Positions 8,967-15,611 of a stretch of DNA of 64,000 nt are shown here, piece after piece. A program made the translations under genes and the position numbers. The DNA is from Ferruginibacter sp. (GTDB lineage: Bacteria; Bacteroidota; Bacteroidia; Chitinophagales; Chitinophagaceae): NCBI GenBank assembly GCA_031398005.1, contig JANNMO010000013.1:29953-93952 (forward strand), read 5' to 3'. The first letter of the stretch is position 1. Every line of letters starts with the position of its first letter. Below the pieces are notes generated by a model. It was not told the origin of the DNA and searched no databases. It worked only from the letters and a program-made list of their open reading frames with translations.

Positions 8967-9953
8967 ATGAAAAATGTATCAATACTTGTACCCGAAACTG
9001 CGGTAATTGAAGCTGTGGCTGATCCACACTATATATGCAAAGCAGTGAACCTGTTTTTGCAAATGAGTGACAAGCCGGCTTTATTTAATGTACAATTAGT
9101 TGGGCTTACAAAAGAAATCAAACTGGAGAACAGTTTATTTTCAGTACATGTAGATGCATTGCTTAAAGATGTAAAAAAAACCGATCTTATTTTTATACCG
9201 GCATTAAGTGGCGATTTAAAAACAGCGCTTGATTTAAATAAAGCGTTTGTACCATTTATTGTAGAGCAATATGCAAATGGTGCAGAAGTGGCATCCCTTT
9301 GCCTGGGTGCATTTTTATTGGCTTCTACTGGTTTATTAGATGGAAAAAAATGTTCGACACACTGGAATTCGGGGAATGAATTTAGAGCAATGTTTCCAAA
9401 TGTAGAACTGGTAGATGGAAGTATTATCACAGAAGAAAACGGCATCTATTCAAGCGGTGGTGCCAACTCTTATTGGAACTTATTATTACACCTTGTAGAA
9501 AAATATACTGACAGGCATACAGCTATACTAGCATCCAAATATTTTGCTATAGATATTGATAGAGATAGCCAACAATCGTTTATGCTCTTTAACGGACAAA
9601 AAGACCATAATGATAAGGAAGTTTTAGATGCACAATTGTTTATTGAAGAAAATTATTCAGATAAAATTTCAGTAGATCATCTTGCAGATAAATTTGCCAT
9701 AGGAAGAAGGAGTTTTGAAAGAAGGTTTAAAAAAGCTACCAACAATACAATAGTTGAATATTTGCAAAGAGTAAAAATAGAATCTGCCAAACGAAGTTTT
9801 GAAAACAGCAGAAAAAATATAGCGGAAGTTATGTACGATGTTGGTTACACAGATACAAAAGCCTTTCGAACGGTGTTTAAAAAAATTACCGGACTTACGC
9901 CTGTTGAATACAGAAATAAATACCATAAACAATCTATGTTTGTAGAAAACTAG
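8967..9953 (+). CDS. GlxA family transcriptional regulator (DJ-1/PfpI domain + AraC HTH)
   Basis: N-terminal DJ-1-like domain (ASLCLGAFLLASTGLLDGKKCSTHW). C-terminal AraC HTH (SFERRFKKATNNTIVEYLQRVKIESAKR...GYTDTKAFRTVFKKITGLTPVEYR). Divergent from the detox cluster. Confidence 0.85.
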   Translation: MKNVSILVPETAVIEAVADPHYICKAVNLFLQMSDKPALFNVQLVGLTKEIKLENSLFSVHVDALLKDVKKTDLIFIPALSGDLKTALDLNKAFVPFIVEQYANGAEVASLCLGAFLLASTGLLDGKKCSTHWNSGNEFRAMFPNVELVDGSIITEENGIYSSGGANSYWNLLLHLVEKYTDRHTAILASKYFAIDIDRDSQQSFMLFNGQKDHNDKEVLDAQLFIEENYSDKISVDHLADKFAIGRRSFERRFKKATNNTIVEYLQRVKIESAKRSFENSRKNIAEVMYDVGYTDTKAFRTVFKKITGLTPVEYRNKYHKQSMFVEN

Positions 9954-10100
9954 CTCATAATTTTTTTTATTTTAAGGCAACTCTTTTTTTGAGGTGTACG
10001 ATAGTAGCTTAAGATGTTAAAACATTGATTGTTCCGTTTTAATCTTTTATTCTAGAATTTTTTATCTGTCAAAATTATTTAACCTTAAAATGCTGTTATT

Positions 10101-10553
10101 ATGAAATTGTTTATGCTTACGTCATTTGTTTTGGCCATTGGAACTTTCGTTTCATGCACCAAAGATGAAGATCCTATTGTAGTGCCGCCTCCTGCAACGG
10201 TTATTAACTTTACCTCTACTATTAATGGGGCAAGCGAAGTGCCTTCAAATGCTTCTACTGCAAATGGTTCTGCTACTGCAAAATTTGACAAGGTAACAAA
10301 AATACTTACACTTAATATGACTTATGGTGGCCTTACTGCTACAAATATGCATATACATAAGGCACCCGCAGGAGTAAGCGGAGGGGTGTTATTTGGCATT
10401 GGCACATTACCATACAGTTATAACATCAATTATACATCTCCTGCACTTACTGCAGGGCAGGAAGATAGTTTGATGAACAACTTATACTACCTTAATATTC
10501 ACACCGCTGCATTTCCTGCTGGTGAAATAAGAGGGCAGATAATAAAACAATAA
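10101..10553 (+). CDS. CHRD domain-containing lipoprotein
   Basis: Lipobox FVSC; GASEVPSNASTANGSATAKFD...MHIHKAPAGVSGGV...LNIHTAAFPAGEIRGQI is typical of CHRD. Confidence 0.8.
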   Translation: MKLFMLTSFVLAIGTFVSCTKDEDPIVVPPPATVINFTSTINGASEVPSNASTANGSATAKFDKVTKILTLNMTYGGLTATNMHIHKAPAGVSGGVLFGIGTLPYSYNINYTSPALTAGQEDSLMNNLYYLNIHTAAFPAGEIRGQIIKQ

Positions 10554-10572
10554 TGGTTTGATTGATTAAGTT

Positions 10573-10612
10573 AAAATCCTCACTGGTTCTTTCGGTGAGG
10601 ATTTTTATTTTA
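10573..10612 (+). terminator. Rho-independent terminator of the CHRD gene
   Basis: AAAATCCTCAC-11 nt-GTGAGGATTTT (10573..10605), followed by TATTTTAT. Confidence 0.8.
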
Positions 10613-10638
10613 TATGAGTCGTATTTCTATCTTTGTTT

Positions 10639-11088
10639 ATGACCTTAAAACAATTAGTGTACGATAGTTACATGCAAATACTACATAACAAGATTTGCAT
10701 GTTGCAACAAACGCTGCTAGATTTAAAGGAAAGCGGTGCCAATGAAACAAAAAGTACTGCCGGAGATAAGCATGAAACCGCCCTTGCCATGTTACAAATA
10801 GAACAGGCAAATACCCGAGCACAATTACAATCATCATTGGAAGATATGGCCATATTACAAAATATAAATCCTTCCATTATTGCAAAGCAAATTGTAAATG
10901 GCAGCTTAGTAAAAACCAGTAATGGTTATTTTTTTATGTGCATTGCATTGGGTAAAAATGTAGTGGATGATGTAACTGTATATGCGCTTTCGCCACAATC
11001 TCCACTAGGTGCAAAATTGATGGGATTAAAAGTTGGAGATAGTGCTAATGTAAATGACAATGTATATTTGGTAGAAGCGATTTTGTAA
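10639..11088 (+). CDS. GreA/GreB C-terminal-like domain protein (family often mislabelled 3-oxoacyl-ACP synthase)
   Basis: 149 aa from ATG 10639. ESGANETKSTAGDKHETALAMLQIEQ coiled N-terminal half, then SPQSPLGAKLMGLKVGD, a GreA-CTD-like motif. Confidence 0.55.
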   Translation: MTLKQLVYDSYMQILHNKICMLQQTLLDLKESGANETKSTAGDKHETALAMLQIEQANTRAQLQSSLEDMAILQNINPSIIAKQIVNGSLVKTSNGYFFMCIALGKNVVDDVTVYALSPQSPLGAKLMGLKVGDSANVNDNVYLVEAIL

Positions 11089-11144
11089 AAAACTAAAAAA
11101 ATTTGTGACTAGTTTTGAAACAATTTTAGTAAATTTGAACGTAA

Positions 11145-11321
11145 ATGCAAACGAAAGAATCACATAATATACCTAAAAATATCCTTGGTGGAAATATTTT
11201 CAAGAAAATACTTGATGATAAAAATGCTATATCTGCACATTTAAAAAAGGGTGGTAAATTATCAGATTTAAAAGATAAATATAAATTTCTTGATTTACTA
11301 TCCATTAAGAATAATAAATAA
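11145..11321 (+). CDS. Small hypothetical ORF (58 aa), below track cutoff
   Basis: My translation: MQTKESHNIPKNILGGNIFKKILDDKNAISAHLKKGGKLSDLKDKYKFLDLLSIKNNK*. Its 3' end overlaps the next ORF by 32 nt. Lies in a very low-GC stretch. Confidence 0.35.
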   Translation: MQTKESHNIPKNILGGNIFKKILDDKNAISAHLKKGGKLSDLKDKYKFLDLLSIKNNK

Positions 11322-11770
11322 CTTTTCCTTCCAATTTAACACTGAACAAGGTTTACTATACTCAGTTTATTTCGTTGATTATAGTTCTATGTTTTATCAG
11401 TTTCCTCATATTGCAAGTTCTATTTACAGTTTCAATATTGATGTAATTGAAGGAGATGCAAACCAGTCTTTAAACGATGAAAGAATTGGAAGTACAATTG
11501 CAGAAATTTTCAAGCTTTTTTTTTACTGAAATTGAAAACGTTGCAGTATTTGTATGTGATATGATTGATGAAAGACAATACGCCCGTAAAAGAAAATTTG
11601 ATTTTTGGTTTAATAAATATAATGATGGTTCCATCATTAAGAAAGACAATATTATAAAAATTGAAGGTGTAGAAATTTTCAATTCCTTATTGCTGAGTAA
11701 AGCCAATATAAATTTTATTGAAATCGTATCTGCTTATAACCTGATAAATGAAACCTCAACTGATAAATAA
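11290..11770 (+). pseudogene. Hypothetical ~159-aa gene split by a frameshift at a T9 homopolymer (11516..11524)
   Basis: Track ORFs 11290..11529 and 11477..11770 overlap in different frames. Removing one T gives a continuous ...DERIGSTIAEIFKLFFTEIENVAVFVCDMIDERQYARKRKFDFWFNKYN... Confidence 0.6.
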
Positions 11771-11828
11771 GGTTTTTTATATTTTACAATGATGCGGCTA
11801 TTGTTGATTAAAGAACTAAAAGCCGAAA

Positions 11829-11952
11829 GGCTGCCTGATGGGCAGTAGTAGCTGCTGCAAATAATAAAATTTAGATTATAACAAACTTTGTTGCGGCACT
11901 ACTACATACAGCAGGAACTACTGCCTCATTATTGTATTCCTTTTACAGCCCC
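11829..11952. ncRNA. Candidate structured RNA / REP-like palindromic element, copy 1 (unclassified)
   Basis: Shares GATGGGCAGTAGTAG...ACTTTGT...CTACTACA.ACAGC...ACAGCCCCAAA with 47289..47411. Has a 15-bp bulged hairpin (11845..11860 with 11891..11905) and is closed by GGCTG/CAGCC. Confidence 0.45.
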
Positions 11953-12006
11953 AAATTCTTCTCTCCCAATAAAATGATATTGTATATTCGTAGCTGACAA
12001 ATTTTT

Positions 12007-12750
12007 ATGAAAAAAATTGCCGGTTTTATTTTCAGTATCTATGCTTTTGTAGTTTTTATTACGATCATGCTTTTGTTGTTTCCTTTTATAGTTATTGCAT
12101 CATTTTTTGGCAGGGTAAAAGGAGGGAATATGATTTATAGTATTTGTAGGGTATGGGCAGATATTGTGCTTTGCCTTTGGGGTATTCGCCACAGAAATAT
12201 TTTTGAAGCACCAAAGTCAAAAGACCATGCGGTAATATTTGTGTTTAACCATATTTCTTACATTGACATTCCTTTTATGATGAAGGCATTTCGCCATGAG
12301 CCCATACGGATTTTGGCTAAAGCAGAAATGGCTAAAATTCCCATTTTTGGTTATATCTATAGAAATTCAACAGTAATGGTAGATAGAGAAAGTGATGTTG
12401 GCAGAACCAAAAGTGTGCACCAATTAAAAAGGGTTTTAGCAAAAAATATTTCGGTGGTAATTGCACCGGAAGGTACGTTTAACATGACCCACAAACCATT
12501 GAAAGAATTTTACAATGGCGCTTTTAAAATTGCGGTAGAAACAAATACACCCATACAACCGGTACTTTTTTTAGATGCTTACGATCGGTTAAATTACAAC
12601 AGTATTTTTAGTTTGACGCCAGGTAAAAGTAGGGCAGTTTTTTTGCCTGAAATTATGTCGGGTAATGATGCAGCATTGCTTAAGCAAAAAGTATACGATG
12701 AAATGGAGAAGGGGCTGGTTCGTTATAAGGTGAGTTGGTTAAAGGGTTGA
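12007..12750 (+). CDS. 1-acyl-sn-glycerol-3-phosphate acyltransferase (PlsC-like lysophospholipid acyltransferase)
   Basis: N-terminal TM segment; HX4D motif FNHISYIDIP; APEGT motif VIAPEGTF. Confidence 0.8.
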   Translation: MKKIAGFIFSIYAFVVFITIMLLLFPFIVIASFFGRVKGGNMIYSICRVWADIVLCLWGIRHRNIFEAPKSKDHAVIFVFNHISYIDIPFMMKAFRHEPIRILAKAEMAKIPIFGYIYRNSTVMVDRESDVGRTKSVHQLKRVLAKNISVVIAPEGTFNMTHKPLKEFYNGAFKIAVETNTPIQPVLFLDAYDRLNYNSIFSLTPGKSRAVFLPEIMSGNDAALLKQKVYDEMEKGLVRYKVSWLKG

Positions 12751-12787
12751 AAGTTGAAGGTTTAAGGTTCAAAGTATGAAGAGCGAA
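12746..12787. repeat. 7-bp microsatellite-like array (GTTSAAR x6) starting in the last codon and stop codon of the PlsC-like gene
   Basis: gttgaaa gttgaag gtttaag gttcaaa gtatgaa gagcgaa, read directly from the sequence. Confidence 0.8.
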
Positions 12788-12904
12788 GTTTCTTAATAAA
12801 TTCATACTATGGTTATAATATTTTAGACTTGCTATTTAATGTTGAAAAAAGATATAATGAAAAACTTGTTATTAAAGAAGTATAATTTATAAATAAAAGC
12901 TTGG

Positions 12905-12939
12905 CCTCCCTCTCTTTTGGAGAGGGACCGAGGGTGAGG
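12905..12939. repeat. G+C-rich palindromic mini-element abutting the priA start codon
   Basis: CCTCCCTCTC-tttt-GGAGAGGGA-cc-GAGGGTGAGG. 8-bp stem TCCCTCTC/GAGAGGGA. Ends 2 nt before ATG 12942. Confidence 0.7.
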
Positions 12940-12941
12940 TT

Positions 12942-15443
12942 ATGCAAGAAAACGAATTAGATTTTAATGAACCAACATCTGGCTACTGGGCAGAAATTAT
13001 TCTTCCGCTGGCGTTGCCTAATGTATATACGTATAGCGTGCCTGTACATATGATAGCTGCTGCACAAGCGGGCTGCAGGGCAGAGGTATTGTTTGGAAAA
13101 AATAAAAAGTACGCCGGTATCATTAAAAAATTAATTACAACAGAGCCTCCGTACAAAACAAAACCTCTCTTAAATATTTTAGATGATACAGCCCTTGTTT
13201 ATCCGCAACAATTAAAACTGTGGCAATGGATGAGCGAATATTACATGTGTACCGAAGGCGAAGTAATGGCTGCAGCATTGCCTGCAAATTTTAAACTAAG
13301 CAGTGAAACTGTTTTAATTTTTAATGAAGAATATGGAGATGATTTTACTAGTCTGGGCGATGAAGAATTTTTGGTAGGAGAAGCACTGTTGATTAAAAAA
13401 GAGCTCACAATTACAGAAGTGCAACAAGTAATGGATGCTACACATGTGTACCCAACAATAAAAAAACTCATAGAAAAAAATGTTTGTTTTATTAGAGAAG
13501 ACCTCAATGATAAATACAAAGTAAAAAAAGAAAACTATGTAATATTAAATCCACAATTTGCCAATGAAGATGCCCTTGCCCCATTATTAAACGATTGGAA
13601 AGGTGCACCCAAACAAATGGAATTATTGCTCGCTTTTTTACATGTAAATAAAACGGAAGGAGAAGTTACACAGACCGCTTTGCTTAAAAAATCAGGGGCT
13701 TCTGTTACGCAACTAAAAGGCCTGGCAGATAAAAATATTTTATTTATAGAGAAGCGCAGTATAGACAGGGTGCGTAGTTTGCCGAAAAATATTAATATAG
13801 ATTTTGAATTAAGTGAAGCGCAAACAACTGCTCTAGCAGAAGTGAGAAATAGTTTTACTGAAAAAAATGTTTGTCTTTTGCATGGAGTTACAAGCAGTGG
13901 TAAAACACAATTGTACATTAAACTTATTGAAGAATATTTTTTGCAGGGAAAACAAGTTTTATATCTTTTACCAGAGATTGCTTTAACCGCACAAATCATA
14001 CGCCGCTTACAAAAACATTTTGGTGGCAACATAACTATTTACCATTCTAAATTTAATAACCAAGAACGAATTGAGCTTTGGAATAAAATAAGAACAGGCG
14101 AAATAAAAATAGTACTGGGTGCAAGAAGCTCATTGTTCCTTCCATTTAAAGATTTAGGTTTAGTAATAGTAGATGAAGAGCACGACTCATCGTACAAGCA
14201 GCAAGATCCTGCGCCACGCTACAATGCAAGAGATGCTGCTATTTTTTATGGTTCTCTTTTTAGTGCAAAAATTTTATTGGGTAGCGCCACACCTTCTTTA
14301 GAAACTTATTACAATGCAAAACAACATAAATATGGCTTGGTAGCATTAGACGAACGCTTTGGTGGTATTAAATTACCTGCAATAGAAATTATAAACACCA
14401 CACAGGTTGTACAGAAGGCCCGCCCGGATAACCCTGTTGGACGGGGCAAAGTGATGATTAGTCCGCAATTAAAAGAAGCCATACAAAAAGCAGTAGAGAC
14501 AGATAGGCAGGTAATACTTTTTCAAAACAGAAGAGGCTATAACCCTTACCTGATATGTGGTACATGCGGTTACTTGCCACAATGTGTGCATTGTGATGTA
14601 TCCCTTACGTTGCACAAATACAGCAACAAATTACATTGTCATTATTGCGGTAGCACTTACCCAAAGTTGGTTACCTGTCCGGCTTGTGGTAGTAACAACT
14701 GGTTAGAAAAAAACTTTGGTACAGAAAAAATTGAAGAGCAACTGGAAAATGATTTTGACCAATTTAAAATTGCCCGTATGGATGTGGATAGTGTTCGTGG
14801 CAAAACAGCACACGATAATTTAATACATCTTTTTGAGCAACAGCGCCTCGATATTTTGGTAGGTACACAAATGGTGGTAAAAGGATTAGACTTTGAAAAA
14901 GTAAGTTTGGTTGGTGTACTAGATGCTGATGGCTTACTAAGTTTTGCAGACTTTAGAGCAAACGAAAGAGCGTTTCAATTAATGGAGCAGGTGAGTGGGA
15001 GAGCGGGCCGCAAGCATGAGCAAGGCAAAGTAATGATACAGGCCATGAATGTAAAACATCCCATTTTATTATTGGTGCAGCAGCACGATTATAAAAAGTT
15101 TTACGATTTTGAAATAGAAAAAAGGAAAGAATTTTTTTATCCGCCATTTAGTAGAATGGTAATGATAACTTTAAAACACAGAGACAAAGAAACTGTGGAA
15201 GCGGCTGCAAATAAATTGGCAAGTTTGCTTTCGCAAGATTTAAAAGATTTTATTACTGGCCCTGCAGCACCAGTGGTTGGGCGTTTACGCAATATGTATT
15301 TAATGGAGCTGATGATTAAATTACCAAAGGAAGCCGGTATGAGTAACACTTATCGAAAAGTAATTCGCAACCATATTAATTTAATGCAGGGCGAAAAAAT
15401 TTATAGAAGTGTGGTGGTGGTAACGGATGTGGATCCGATGTAG
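12942..15443 (+). CDS. priA: Primosomal protein N' (replication restart helicase PriA)
   Basis: 833 aa. YWAEIILPLALPNVYTYSVP N-terminus, Walker A LHGVTSSGKTQ, DEEH box VIVDEEHD, Cys-rich zinc region CGTCGYLPQCVHCDVSLTLH...LHCHYCG...CPACGS. Confidence 0.95.
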   Translation: MQENELDFNEPTSGYWAEIILPLALPNVYTYSVPVHMIAAAQAGCRAEVLFGKNKKYAGIIKKLITTEPPYKTKPLLNILDDTALVYPQQLKLWQWMSEYYMCTEGEVMAAALPANFKLSSETVLIFNEEYGDDFTSLGDEEFLVGEALLIKKELTITEVQQVMDATHVYPTIKKLIEKNVCFIREDLNDKYKVKKENYVILNPQFANEDALAPLLNDWKGAPKQMELLLAFLHVNKTEGEVTQTALLKKSGASVTQLKGLADKNILFIEKRSIDRVRSLPKNINIDFELSEAQTTALAEVRNSFTEKNVCLLHGVTSSGKTQLYIKLIEEYFLQGKQVLYLLPEIALTAQIIRRLQKHFGGNITIYHSKFNNQERIELWNKIRTGEIKIVLGARSSLFLPFKDLGLVIVDEEHDSSYKQQDPAPRYNARDAAIFYGSLFSAKILLGSATPSLETYYNAKQHKYGLVALDERFGGIKLPAIEIINTTQVVQKARPDNPVGRGKVMISPQLKEAIQKAVETDRQVILFQNRRGYNPYLICGTCGYLPQCVHCDVSLTLHKYSNKLHCHYCGSTYPKLVTCPACGSNNWLEKNFGTEKIEEQLENDFDQFKIARMDVDSVRGKTAHDNLIHLFEQQRLDILVGTQMVVKGLDFEKVSLVGVLDADGLLSFADFRANERAFQLMEQVSGRAGRKHEQGKVMIQAMNVKHPILLLVQQHDYKKFYDFEIEKRKEFFYPPFSRMVMITLKHRDKETVEAAANKLASLLSQDLKDFITGPAAPVVGRLRNMYLMELMIKLPKEAGMSNTYRKVIRNHINLMQGEKIYRSVVVVTDVDPM

Positions 15444-15447
15444 AGAG

Positions 15448-15491
15448 CAAAGCCAAAGCCAAAGCCCCCCTAAATCCCCCCCGAAGGGGGA
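15448..15491. repeat. CAAAGC x3 microsatellite followed by a G+C-rich hairpin module
   Basis: caaagc caaagc caaagc, then CCCCCCTAAATCCCCCCCGAAGGGGGA (15465..15491). 6-bp stem TCCCCC/GGGGGA. Starts 5 nt after the priA stop. Confidence 0.75.
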
Positions 15492-15611
15492 CCTTGGTTT
15501 ATAATGCTTTGAAGTTAATTTATCTCTTTATTGTACTTGTCTTTTTGATTTACAAATAGAAATTTGATTAAATGATACAGATGAATAAATCATCTGCATC
15601 TCTTCTTTTTA

